A stretch of DNA of 64,000 nucleotides from a virus. Lineage: Duplodnaviria; Heunggongvirae; Uroviricota; Caudoviricetes. The position numbers and the translations under genes were made by a program. Below, piece after piece: positions 29,511 through 38,828 of the stretch (position 1 is its first letter; every line of letters begins with the position of its first letter). Under the pieces are notes generated by a model. That model did no database searches. It saw nothing but the letters and a program-made list of their open reading frames with translations, and was not told the origin of the DNA. The stretch lies in the IMG/VR virus record IMGVR_UViG_2778261375_000003. One strand, given 5' to 3'.

Positions 29511-31100
29511 TTACTTAATAAGCAGCGGTACGCCCTGGATACGACGGGCTACGCCAGTCGGGCAGCAGGCCCAGACTACTTCCCATTTATCGAATTCCGC
29601 CTGCGTAACTTTCAGCACATACGGTTCTGTACCGTCAGCATCGGGATCACGAGGAGCCACCAGAGCGCCGGAGGCGACAAAGCGATCTAAAAGTTTGGTC
29701 ATCCCTTTAGTCAGGCCAGCCGCAGTAATACCGTCCGGGCTATGCTTCATCTGTCGGGCTAACTGGACAAAGAAACGGCTGATTGCATTCATCAGGGATG
29801 GGACGTGCTGGAAGTGCAGATAGTTATCCTGCGTGCAGCAAGTTAAAGCATCGTCGATGATCATCTGGCCAGAGGTGCCAACAGATACTTTATTGAGACG
29901 GCCCTTGACCATTGCTTCTTCGTCCGGGGTATCTTCCGGATACAGCGGTTGAATTGACGCACGAGCAATGACGGCACGTTCTTCACCAGCCGGTGAGTAA
30001 TGCCAACCGCCGACATCAGAGTTTTTCTTGACGCCACGAGCTTTCGCCGCATACGCCGCGCCAGACAGACCGAAGACCACACGGGATTGGGTCCATTTGT
30101 CTTTGCAGGAGAACGGGTAGTGATAGACAGAACAGCTTACATAATCGGTACCAAGTAAACCGGTACCCTCAACAGCTGTTAGTGCTTCTGCGTACCTTAA
30201 TGTCGGTTTGACATCAAAGAAGCCATCAATCAGGCGATCTGCACAGATTTTACCTAATGCGGTGATAGCCGCATTGTCATAGCAGCCCAGGCCAAGAACA
30301 GCGGTGTACATGTACGGCGCATTGTTCAGCACTTTCACCGCACGCAGGTACGCAGCGGTTGAGATTTTCGACTGATCACCGTTGGTACCACCAGTGAACG
30401 CCAACGATTTTTTGTTTGTTACTTTCGCTGTAGAAATCAGATCTTCATTAACAACCGCGCGCAGATATTTAGAACGAGCTTCCAGAGCCGTAGGCAGATA
30501 ACACAAGCGGCCCATGTCATCTTTCGCTTCTTCCGCCAAAGACACAGTGTGTGTCTCCAGGGTCGTTACCACGCCGAGCGAAGTCGTCTGGGTCAGTTTT
30601 AAGAGGAAGCGTTCATTACCCGCGCTGTCCGCTGTTGCCGTTTCGATGGTTAACTCTCGGGTAGGTGAAATACACGGATCACCATCATCAACGTAGATAG
30701 CAAAGGCTTCGCCACTATCAAGTTCAATTTCAGAACCGTATGGCAACGCACTGTAAGCCGGTTCGCCTGATTCATCGAACATAATAATCGGGAACTTCGC
30801 ATCATCCGGAACAGCGCGAACAACATAACCAGATGTTTGCTGAATAGCTTCGTATACATGGCGAATTGGTTCGAACTGTGAGCCGGAAGACGGCTTCAGC
30901 GGTTCGCCGAGAACATCTTCGTAATTGGACTCAGTAACCGCAAGAACAGTAAACGGCTTGCCACGCGCAAATACGCCAATACCAGCCCACAAGCTGCTAT
31001 TTAATGCAACACCGGTAGATAACGTCGCATCGGCATTGATCGGGCTAACCGCGACGCCGGATGCATTACCTAATGACTGTTGAATTGAATATTGAGACAT
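29511..31100 (-). CDS. putative tail sheath protein
   Basis: 529-aa ORF directly downstream of the putative capsid gene; size and position match my recollection of P1 gene 22; no motif confirmation. Confidence 0.4.
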   Translation of the reverse strand: MSQYSIQQSLGNASGVAVSPINADATLSTGVALNSSLWAGIGVFARGKPFTVLAVTESNYEDVLGEPLKPSSGSQFEPIRHVYEAIQQTSGYVVRAVPDDAKFPIIMFDESGEPAYSALPYGSEIELDSGEAFAIYVDDGDPCISPTRELTIETATADSAGNERFLLKLTQTTSLGVVTTLETHTVSLAEEAKDDMGRLCYLPTALEARSKYLRAVVNEDLISTAKVTNKKSLAFTGGTNGDQSKISTAAYLRAVKVLNNAPYMYTAVLGLGCYDNAAITALGKICADRLIDGFFDVKPTLRYAEALTAVEGTGLLGTDYVSCSVYHYPFSCKDKWTQSRVVFGLSGAAYAAKARGVKKNSDVGGWHYSPAGEERAVIARASIQPLYPEDTPDEEAMVKGRLNKVSVGTSGQMIIDDALTCCTQDNYLHFQHVPSLMNAISRFFVQLARQMKHSPDGITAAGLTKGMTKLLDRFVASGALVAPRDPDADGTEPYVLKVTQAEFDKWEVVWACCPTGVARRIQGVPLLIK

Positions 31101-31160
31101 AACTTTCCCTGTTATGCGCCCCGCACGGGGGCGCTATGTTAAACGGAGAACTTCCCCTGA

Positions 31161-32867
31161 TTACTCAGAGTCACCGGCATCAATCGTGTCGCCGCTAATG
31201 AAGTTAAGCCCGCCTTTTTTGGCCATTGTCAGCGTTACACGAGTGAAGTAATCAGCGCCGTTGCGTGGGTGCATATCGTTGATAGCCGAACCCCACAGTG
31301 TGGTACGGTTGACCAGCGCCGGAGTGGTCGGATGCTGGAACGGGATAGCCGGGACAGCATCACCAGTCACGAAGCCTGCTTTACCCGGATTTTCATCACG
31401 GACGTAGCACAGCACATCCATCGAGCTGAACTGAATGTTCTCTGTCGTTAAGTTCTTACAAATACCAGCAGGTACTTCGTACACTTTCACGTTACCGAAC
31501 AGGGTACCGATGTAGTGAACATACGGAGTCTGGATATAGTCTTCGGCTGGCTGGAAGAAATCCTTCGGCAACTGTTTGAAGAAAGATGCTGCATCAGCAC
31601 CAGCAAACATCCCCATCGCACCAGAAGATTTAACGCGCTCAATAATGTCGCGATATACAGTCTGGAATTTGCCACGAATGATGGTTGCCCATACATCAAA
31701 GGACTGGTTAACCGGCAGAGCGATGTCAAAGGTGTCGGTCGCAAGAGTACGCCAGATCATGATGCGAAGACGCAGCATATCCTGTTCATGAGACAGGTAT
31801 TCCTTCAGGGTGCGGAACTGTAGGGAACCCAGGTCCAGACCAAATTCACGCTGTGCTTCATACGCCGCCTGTACCGTGTGCTCAGCCGCGATAACGAACT
31901 GGCTTGGGAACAGGGTGTATTTCTTCATTTCGTGGTTGATCAGCGGGATCAGCTCAGGAGCGGCTTCAATATTGATTTCCGTCTCAATTGCGATCTCAGT
32001 GCCTTTATCCGGCGCTTTGGAGAACGACAGGGCAATCTGACCAATGTTGTAGTTCAGAGAGCAGGTAACAGTGATTTGCTCACCAGCAGCATTAGTAAAC
32101 GAGTGAAGTAGGCTGCCGGAACCGTTATCAACAACAGACTTAATACGGTTAACGTAGATGTTAGTGCGACCTTTTCGGATTGGTACATTCTGGCCTTCGA
32201 AGTCTTCCATCTTGAAGGTTGCGGTTTTGCTGGTGCCATCGGAGCTTGCCACCAGCACATAGCGGCGACGTAACTGGCTGTACACACCGACGGATTGCAT
32301 GTCCAGAACATCACCAGCAGCATAAGAACCAAAAGATGAACCTGCCACGTTAAAGACTTCATAGATGTCGGACTGGTCACGCGTAACCGGAATGAAGGTA
32401 CACGCATCAGCGGTAGCTGCCCCCAACTGAACAGGCAGGATCATCGCGAGGAATAAAGGCAGACGCATAACACCGTCAGAAACGCTCATCATCTCTGCTG
32501 CGACGGATTCCAGCATCGCTTTATTAGTGGCATCCATGCTATTGCGGGTGGACTCAATCAGGCAGTTTTCCAGCGTCTGGTGGCAGGAGGCCAGAATTTC
32601 CGGACGCGGCATAGATTTATGTGCTGCGGCGTAGTCAGCCAGTGCACTTGCCCACGCTGTAGCGATTTGAGCGGTGGCATTATCAGAGATACCCGCAAAA
32701 ACCGGGTCTTTACGTGCAGCTTCAAGGATAGATGCGGCACGCGCGGCATCATCTTTAATGAATTGGTTATCAGTACCGAACTGCGCAGTGCTTGCCCAGC
32801 CAAGCACAGCTTTAGAGCGTTTTGCGATATCTGCAATACGATTCTGGTATTCGCGTAAGTTACTCAA
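31161..32867 (-). CDS. putative major head protein
   Basis: About 568 aa, start taken at TTG 32867 with AGGAAG ribosome-binding site; adjacent to parS/parB as I recall for P1 gene 23. Confidence 0.4.
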   Translation of the reverse strand: MSNLREYQNRIADIAKRSKAVLGWASTAQFGTDNQFIKDDAARAASILEAARKDPVFAGISDNATAQIATAWASALADYAAAHKSMPRPEILASCHQTLENCLIESTRNSMDATNKAMLESVAAEMMSVSDGVMRLPLFLAMILPVQLGAATADACTFIPVTRDQSDIYEVFNVAGSSFGSYAAGDVLDMQSVGVYSQLRRRYVLVASSDGTSKTATFKMEDFEGQNVPIRKGRTNIYVNRIKSVVDNGSGSLLHSFTNAAGEQITVTCSLNYNIGQIALSFSKAPDKGTEIAIETEINIEAAPELIPLINHEMKKYTLFPSQFVIAAEHTVQAAYEAQREFGLDLGSLQFRTLKEYLSHEQDMLRLRIMIWRTLATDTFDIALPVNQSFDVWATIIRGKFQTVYRDIIERVKSSGAMGMFAGADAASFFKQLPKDFFQPAEDYIQTPYVHYIGTLFGNVKVYEVPAGICKNLTTENIQFSSMDVLCYVRDENPGKAGFVTGDAVPAIPFQHPTTPALVNRTTLWGSAINDMHPRNGADYFTRVTLTMAKKGGLNFISGDTIDAGDSE

Positions 32868-33000
32868 TTTACTCTTCCTTAAACACAAGGCACTTGTGTG
32901 AATCCCTTTTCGGAAGAGATTTTATTGAAAGTCACTTGTTGACTTTCTCGTGACAAGCAATTTTTTTATTTTTTTCGGGAGTAGGGGAGGAAGGTAAAAT

Positions 33001-33030
33001 CCAAGGTGAAATCGTGGCGATTTCACCTTG
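33001..33030. promoter_or_regulatory. parS-like partition site
   Basis: Palindrome GGTGAAATCGTGGCGATTTCACC with heptamer ATTTCAC and hexamer TGGCGA boxes, just downstream of parB. Confidence 0.55.
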
Positions 33031-33092
33031 AAATTTTAGATAGATTTACTTTAAAAACAGTATGTTAATAGTGAAATTTGAATGGCGAAAGT

Positions 33093-34094
33093 TTAAGGCT
33101 TCGGCTTTTTATCGAGGCTCTTTCTAAGGATATGCCCAATCATCCTGTCGAGTTCTTCCTGTAACTCTTTTGAGAGTCGATTAAACTCATAAGAAAATGC
33201 ACGGCCTTTCACGCGCTTCCTTGCAAAGCGATCCTTGTCCTCAAATTTCCATAATTCAGTAACTACGGACTTATCTTTAGAACCTTTATCCGTGAGTAGT
33301 GAGGCTTCCTTTGTTATCAAGCGCAGGATTTTATTTTTAACTTCATCTTCGGCCATTTCTTCAATGGATAAGATGTCGTTTATTTCCGGGGATATGTTTT
33401 GAATAAGCTGATCAAACTCTAAATTCTTGTTCCCCATTTCGTCGCCAACAGCACAAAGCGTTTTGTAGTCCGAAAAGGTTAATTCCGACTGCACAGGGAA
33501 AAGGGCGACTAATTCTTCCGGAGCACTCGCTGCCTGGAGAGCACGCGTGACCTTCGCCTGAGACAGCCCTTCTTTGGCTGCAATATCCTTCTGACTCATC
33601 CCATCATTTTTCATTCGCATCAAACGCAGACCTATTTCTCGAATGCTGTGCTGCAATGCTGTCTGAACGTCTTTCGCTAAATTTTGCGCTTCCTGAACGC
33701 TGATCTCCTGGTCCGTGACTAAAACCCGCAACCCTACGTTCTCTAAGATGGCAGAAGCTCGACGCCGGGAACCATCCAAAATTTCAATTTTCCCTGTAGC
33801 CCGTCTAACACCTATTGCAGGGTAAAATTGCTGATGCTTAATAGTGCTTCGGATACTTTTTAATGATTTTGGCGTAAGAGATGCCTGGTCACGCCCGTTG
33901 TTATGCTGATCAACAAAGGTATCGCTTTCTACCTGGTTCGGAGGTATTACCTCTTCAATAAATGTGGCCTGGCGACCAGTTGATAACTTGAATACCTGCT
34001 CGACTCGATCGCCAGAGGCTGAAGAACTATCAAATCCGCTTAATATTGAAGGATTAAGGGTTCGCCCAATTGTTGGTCTGTTTTTCTTTGACAT
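33093..34094 (-). CDS. parB: partition protein ParB
   Basis: 333 aa, ParB-like; downstream of parA and upstream of parS; length matches my recollection of P1 ParB. Confidence 0.8.
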   Translation of the reverse strand: MSKKNRPTIGRTLNPSILSGFDSSSASGDRVEQVFKLSTGRQATFIEEVIPPNQVESDTFVDQHNNGRDQASLTPKSLKSIRSTIKHQQFYPAIGVRRATGKIEILDGSRRRASAILENVGLRVLVTDQEISVQEAQNLAKDVQTALQHSIREIGLRLMRMKNDGMSQKDIAAKEGLSQAKVTRALQAASAPEELVALFPVQSELTFSDYKTLCAVGDEMGNKNLEFDQLIQNISPEINDILSIEEMAEDEVKNKILRLITKEASLLTDKGSKDKSVVTELWKFEDKDRFARKRVKGRAFSYEFNRLSKELQEELDRMIGHILRKSLDKKPKP

Positions 34095-34110
34095 GGGGGT
34101 TTCTTACTCC

Positions 34111-35307
34111 TCAGTTAGATCTGATAAATTCAATACGGTCAAAAACTGCTTTAGCAAAATCTTCCGCAGCAATTCGCGCGTTCTTCAATGCATCAGCACT
34201 ACCAACATACGTTGCCGGGTTAGCTGAAATAACAGTGTCAAAAGACTCGCCGCAGCGTTCAAAACCGTCAAGGCGAGGGAGGACAACATCAAGCATATCC
34301 CCACCGAACACTTCTTTAGCCAGGCTATGGCAATACTTATGGTCTGCCTTGTTACTCAACTTGGACATAAAACCAATGTTAGTTGCAAGCTGACACTCGC
34401 AGCCTTCATCCGAAATGAGTTTCACCAACTCAGGAAGGCGGGCAACGTATTTAAGCGATGAGTGGAAATCAACCGTTGCAGGCGGCAGAGGTGTAAACAG
34501 TATATTGGCCGAGGCCAAAGCATTTTTCAGGAAGGCGTCAAGGTGAGGACCACTATCAACGAGGATAAAGTCATAATCGCTCTTCAGCTTATCAATCACA
34601 TTTTCTTTCAGGACTGCATGGATGTTCTGACCCGGTAGATGCTCATTGCACAGCTCTCTCCAATCGGATGCAATAAAGGCATCGTCAATCGACGCAGGCA
34701 TAACGTCAACCCCAGGTACAACAGAAGGAACAATAAACTCCTCTAACAGCTCTTCACGGCTTACATTCTGCAACATAGCCTGTGCAGATGTTGCGTTTAC
34801 GATACCAATAGAGTGTTTATGGCTTAAAAACATCGTTGCTGAAGATTGCGGATCAAGGTCAATAACCAGAATCCTTAAATCTTCCATCAGAAGATGAGGG
34901 TGGGCACGCATTGCATGCGCCAGAGAAACCGTCGATACAGTTTTTGACACACCGCCTTTAAGATTGGAGATGAAAATCACATACGCTTCGCTGTAGCGAT
35001 CCCGGTATTTTGGCACTCCGCGATGTTCATATATGTCAATGATGTTCTGAATTGACATCGCATATTTCATTGAAGAGCCAGCAGGGCGTTTATCGAAAAC
35101 ATAACCCTTTTCTTCCATTTCACTTACGGCATAGTCAACGTTCGCTCGAGTCAGTAGAGGCAATTTTGCCAGTGCCGCTTTCGCATAGACCTGGTAAAAC
35201 TCGTTCGCGTGTAGCTCATCCTTTTGCAACTGTACTTGTTCAGTCAGAACATTGAGCATTCTGTTTGCTCTTTGAGCAACCTTGTGAAGCTGGCTGGAAT
35301 CACTCAT
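34111..35307 (-). CDS. parA: partition ATPase ParA (type Ia, N-terminal HTH extension)
   Basis: 398 aa; deviant Walker A KGGVSKT; N-terminal extension; length matches my recollection of P1 ParA. Confidence 0.85.
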   Translation of the reverse strand: MSDSSQLHKVAQRANRMLNVLTEQVQLQKDELHANEFYQVYAKAALAKLPLLTRANVDYAVSEMEEKGYVFDKRPAGSSMKYAMSIQNIIDIYEHRGVPKYRDRYSEAYVIFISNLKGGVSKTVSTVSLAHAMRAHPHLLMEDLRILVIDLDPQSSATMFLSHKHSIGIVNATSAQAMLQNVSREELLEEFIVPSVVPGVDVMPASIDDAFIASDWRELCNEHLPGQNIHAVLKENVIDKLKSDYDFILVDSGPHLDAFLKNALASANILFTPLPPATVDFHSSLKYVARLPELVKLISDEGCECQLATNIGFMSKLSNKADHKYCHSLAKEVFGGDMLDVVLPRLDGFERCGESFDTVISANPATYVGSADALKNARIAAEDFAKAVFDRIEFIRSN

Positions 35308-35444
35308 CGAAAGTCATCCTTTATGCTGTATTTTTGAATTTAATTAAAAATGCTGCATAAAATAATAATGTATGCGTAGATGCTTGTACATAGCATTCTC
35401 TGCATGTTTGGTTCATTTTGCACGATTGAGAGTTACAAGAAAGG

Positions 35445-35470
35445 CACAAAAAAGCCCCGTTCAGGGGCAT
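35445..35470 (-). terminator. rho-independent terminator downstream of the GIY-YIG-like gene
   Basis: Hairpin GCCCC-GTTCA-GGGGC with a T-run on the minus strand, immediately after the stop at 35476. Confidence 0.5.
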
Positions 35471-35475
35471 CAGTG

Positions 35476-36285
35476 TTATTTGCTAAGAGCAGCGAATAAT
35501 CGTTCGAAATCGATAGTATCTATAGCACGCGTAAGCGCCGGAAGTTCAGCCTCAAAGTACCCGTGTCGATCGTAAAAGAAGGGACCGAAGAGCGAGGCAT
35601 GTTGGATTCTACTTCGCCCCAGCCCGGACACACAGTTAAGCCCATTACCGGCTAAAAGGCTAAAAAACTTCTCTGGATTATCGTGGTAAAGCTGGGAATC
35701 AATGGTGGCGGTTAACTCTTCCATAGGGAAGCACACCCGCCCTGTATCCCAGGGATATTTAGTCCGAAGCATAAACATTGCTTTCAGCAATTCACATTGA
35801 GCGCGGATCGCGTCCGGTTCATAGCCAGATATGGAGACATAAGCCACGTCCCTCATTCCTGCGTCATCTTTGAAAGTCACGATAGAAGTAACATCCAGCT
35901 CTTTTTCGAAAGAGCAAGCAGCATCTACTGGACGCTGAAGTAAATCATTCGACTTAATGCGCTCGAGAATCCCTCCCCACATATCATTTAGATATTCGAT
36001 ATGAGCCAAAACCTTATCAAGACACTCTCGTGTAAACCATTCAGTATGCCCGCCACCGACGCTTTTCTCCCACGGCGCATTCCAGGGGAAAAAGGTTGCG
36101 TGTAAAGCCCGCTCAAGATTAACCATTGCCAAACGTGTACCACGATAGACCCGTGAAAGCGCAAAATCGGGACTCACTTGTAGCCCTTTAAACCGTGCCA
36201 ATGGACCACATGAAATGCCGATTTTAAAAGTATCTCCGTTCTCTGGCACCAGAACGTAGAGGTAGTGTTGTTTCTCTTCTTGCAT
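35476..36285 (-). CDS. GIY-YIG / T5orf172-like domain protein
   Basis: N-terminus HYLYVLVPENGDTFKIGIS...GGHTEWF resembles the GIY-YIG/T5orf172 motif; 170-aa C-terminal extension of unknown function; sits between parA and the repA iterons. Confidence 0.5.
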   Translation of the reverse strand: MQEEKQHYLYVLVPENGDTFKIGISCGPLARFKGLQVSPDFALSRVYRGTRLAMVNLERALHATFFPWNAPWEKSVGGGHTEWFTRECLDKVLAHIEYLNDMWGGILERIKSNDLLQRPVDAACSFEKELDVTSIVTFKDDAGMRDVAYVSISGYEPDAIRAQCELLKAMFMLRTKYPWDTGRVCFPMEELTATIDSQLYHDNPEKFFSLLAGNGLNCVSGLGRSRIQHASLFGPFFYDRHGYFEAELPALTRAIDTIDFERLFAALSK

Positions 36286-36319
36286 ATCAATACCACTGCT
36301 TGATGAGAACCGCGCAAAT

Positions 36320-36577
36320 GTTGACTATGCGCGAAGGTTAATGTGAATAGTTGACTATGCGCGATGTGACTACAGTCAAAAGTTGACTGTAGTCGATTTA
36401 ACTCCACCAAAGATCGACTATGTAAGATATTGTCGGGAGAAACGTTGACTATACGCGATGAAATGACCCTAAAAACCATCTCAATAGCGACTTGAAGAAT
36501 ATTGACTCCAGCAAAAATCCACCAGCGTCAATGAATGTCGCCTATAGTCAACTTCTCGCTATCGCATATAGTCAATA
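36320..36577. repeat. incA-like iteron array downstream of repA
   Basis: At least eight copies of TTGACTATGCGCGA-type repeats in both orientations. Confidence 0.6.
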
Positions 36578-37462
36578 TTATGGATTGCGCTTATGGATCT
36601 GGAAGCCGATTTTCCTGCCGTTTTTTATCTCTGAAAATTTAAGATATTCAATAGCTTCTAAATCTTTCATGGCTTTTCTGATAACGCTATTTTGCACGCT
36701 AACGGATGATTTGAGATTAAGCCTTGCTCTAAGGCGCTCAATGCTGACAGGTGCAGGGTTGGCGGGTAGAGCCTCAAAGAATGTATACAGTACCTTGGCC
36801 GTCTCTTTGCGCCCGAGCTTATCCAGCATCTTCAGCTTCAGGATTCGCTTATAGTCAACATAGTAAAGTTCAGATAGCTGTTTCTGCGGCTGGATCTCGA
36901 TAACATCAAGCTCGGTATTCAGGCTGCTATATGCCAACAAGTTGACGTTAATGTTATTGAGATGACCTTTTGCCGCCGGGAAGCGGAATTTGACAACTGT
37001 CTGCTGAATGCGTGTCAGAGAATCATCAATACTTTTACGGAACGCCTTTGAAAGGCGCTTACGTGGATAGCCGCATCGATCGGCAAACTCGGAGAATGGC
37101 AGGGTGATTATACCGTCATCATCAGGTGCGTAGTCAAACAACGCGGAGGTTATGCCCACCCACACCTTAAAATCAGTATCCATATCCAGGCGTGGACCAT
37201 GAATTTCAATTCCCTCATAGCCTTCCTGCTCAACAATTTTGAGGCTTGATAGTTCTTCGGTTGCGTTCGTTGTGTTTGTAGTAACTGACGATCCGCGACG
37301 TAGTGCCACATTGGTAGATTTTAAGGTTGGCACAAACACACCTAAGCGCAACAAAGCGATGGGTTGTATAGTGCTATTGTTATTGGGTTTCAGGCTGTGG
37401 ATTTCTCCTGTATTTCCAGCAACTTCTTCAACGCTAAGGAAGCCTTTATTTTCTTCCGGCAT
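36578..37462 (-). CDS. repA: iteron-binding replication initiator RepA
   Basis: 294-aa ORF flanked by iterons on both sides; RepFIB/P1 RepA-like organisation. Confidence 0.75.
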   Translation of the reverse strand: MPEENKGFLSVEEVAGNTGEIHSLKPNNNSTIQPIALLRLGVFVPTLKSTNVALRRGSSVTTNTTNATEELSSLKIVEQEGYEGIEIHGPRLDMDTDFKVWVGITSALFDYAPDDDGIITLPFSEFADRCGYPRKRLSKAFRKSIDDSLTRIQQTVVKFRFPAAKGHLNNINVNLLAYSSLNTELDVIEIQPQKQLSELYYVDYKRILKLKMLDKLGRKETAKVLYTFFEALPANPAPVSIERLRARLNLKSSVSVQNSVIRKAMKDLEAIEYLKFSEIKNGRKIGFQIHKRNP

Positions 37463-37540
37463 CGTGGTTTCTCCATATGTGGCGCGGCCTGGCGTTAATT
37501 TAGATGACTGTTATCAACAGCTGTGAATATTCAGGCTCTA

Positions 37541-37644
37541 AAATCGCGTACAGTCAACGTTTCTGTCGCGTATAGTCAACAATAAATCGCGTGCAGTCAA
37601 CATAAAATCGCACACAGTCAACATAAAATCGCGTATAGTCAATG
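37541..37644. repeat. five direct iterons with 21-bp periodicity (incC / oriR-like)
   Basis: AAATCGCGTA(C/T)AGTCAAC(A/G) repeated five times with exact 21-bp spacing, immediately upstream of repA. Confidence 0.7.
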
Positions 37645-37683
37645 TTGATCCCGTTTCAGGCCATGAACGGCGCGGCTTACAGC

Positions 37684-37754
37684 GATCCGGGATCTTCTTT
37701 GGATCTTCCTAGGTTCTCTTTGGGATCTGTTTATTGGATCTATGCTGTGGATAA
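37684..37754. promoter_or_regulatory. origin region: GATC cluster plus DnaA box
   Basis: Five GATC sites within about 55 bp in GGATCT-type repeats, then TGTGGATAA (DnaA box) at 37746-37754. Confidence 0.55.
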
Positions 37755-37796
37755 GTTGAATAAACCGGCCAACATAGCCGGTTGGAAGGAAGGGTA

Positions 37797-38189
37797 TTAT
37801 TCTACGCTTTCGATAAGAAGACCATGTTCATAACATTTAAGCTCATCGCCTTCGTACAGGAATTGGTATCCAATACCACCATATTCAGGCACATTAGGGA
37901 ATAACTCATCACTTACCGAAGAACAAATCACACCAATGCAGCGATCAACGCCTTCTCGTTCTTCAGTGCTGAAAAAATCCTCTTCGGTAAGAACATGAGT
38001 ACATTGCTCATCAGCATAGGTCGGAAATACATGCTCGATGCAATCCGGGTGTTTTAAACCAAGCTGATCGGCAAGCTCGAAAGCATGACGGTATTGTTCA
38101 GATCCTGGCTTGCCAACAGTGATGTGCTCAATTTTGTAGATTGAAGTCGCTTTGTTGATAGTTTGCTTTACTGTTACTTTATCAGACAT
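37797..38189 (-). CDS. hypothetical protein
   Basis: 130-aa ORF followed by a hairpin at about 37765-37790. Confidence 0.4.
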   Translation of the reverse strand: MSDKVTVKQTINKATSIYKIEHITVGKPGSEQYRHAFELADQLGLKHPDCIEHVFPTYADEQCTHVLTEEDFFSTEEREGVDRCIGVICSSVSDELFPNVPEYGGIGYQFLYEGDELKCYEHGLLIESVE

Positions 38190-38200
38190 AAAAATCCCTT

Positions 38201-38455
38201 TTAGTTACCGCTGATAGCGCGGTTGTAATCATTAACGTTGCGATTCTTCCTGTTAATCCCCATCAGCATCGTTTCTGTATCGAGGATATACGCTGGCAGA
38301 TCATCAAAATATTCACTGCTAAACTCTGGCATCCTGCACATAAATGCACTTTTTGGGGCAGGGTGGTTAACCTTTGTCGGCGTCGGCGTTAAATTCGCTG
38401 ATCGACTCCCGGAGCAACCGCTGAGTGTCAGCAGGAATACGCTGGCGAACATTAC
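38201..38455 (-). CDS. small outer-membrane lipoprotein (o-spanin-like)
   Basis: Lipobox LTLSGC after internal Met; Pro/Thr-rich mature part; 5' region overlaps the upstream gene in another frame. Confidence 0.35.
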   Translation of the reverse strand, partial: VMFASVFLLTLSGCSGSRSANLTPTPTKVNHPAPKSAFMCRMPEFSSEYFDDLPAYILDTETMLMGINRKNRNVNDYNRAISGN

Positions 38456-38789
38456 CCGCCGCAACAAGTTGTTTCTGAACTTCAGCTTTTCGTTCCATTT
38501 GCCTGTCAGCATACTTGGCTTGTTCTGATTCATTTTTCACTTCCTGGCTGTGAAAATGTTGCTCTGCTTTGTTCATCGTCTCAATGGTCTGGTTAAGATC
38601 CATTATTGACTTATCACGTTCCTTAACAGCCTGATCAAGACTGCCAATTTTCTCCATGGCTTGCTTTAGCTGATGACGTTCCCACGCAAACCCAGCACCA
38701 ACAAGTGCGCAAATCAGAACAAGAACACCAGTAGCAGCAAGTTTCTCCTTCAAAGACAAAGCTGTTTTTAATGTAGAAAAGAATGACAT
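38367..38789 (-). CDS. membrane-anchored coiled-coil protein (i-spanin-like)
   Basis: Start taken at MSFFSTLK; one N-terminal transmembrane helix then charged coiled coil; 3' end overlaps the lipoprotein gene. Confidence 0.35.
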   Translation of the reverse strand: MSFFSTLKTALSLKEKLAATGVLVLICALVGAGFAWERHQLKQAMEKIGSLDQAVKERDKSIMDLNQTIETMNKAEQHFHSQEVKNESEQAKYADRQMERKAEVQKQLVAAGNVRQRIPADTQRLLRESISEFNADADKG

Positions 38790-38828
38790 GTCTTCCTCCT
38801 GAAGAAAAATTATCAATGAAGTCCTTTG

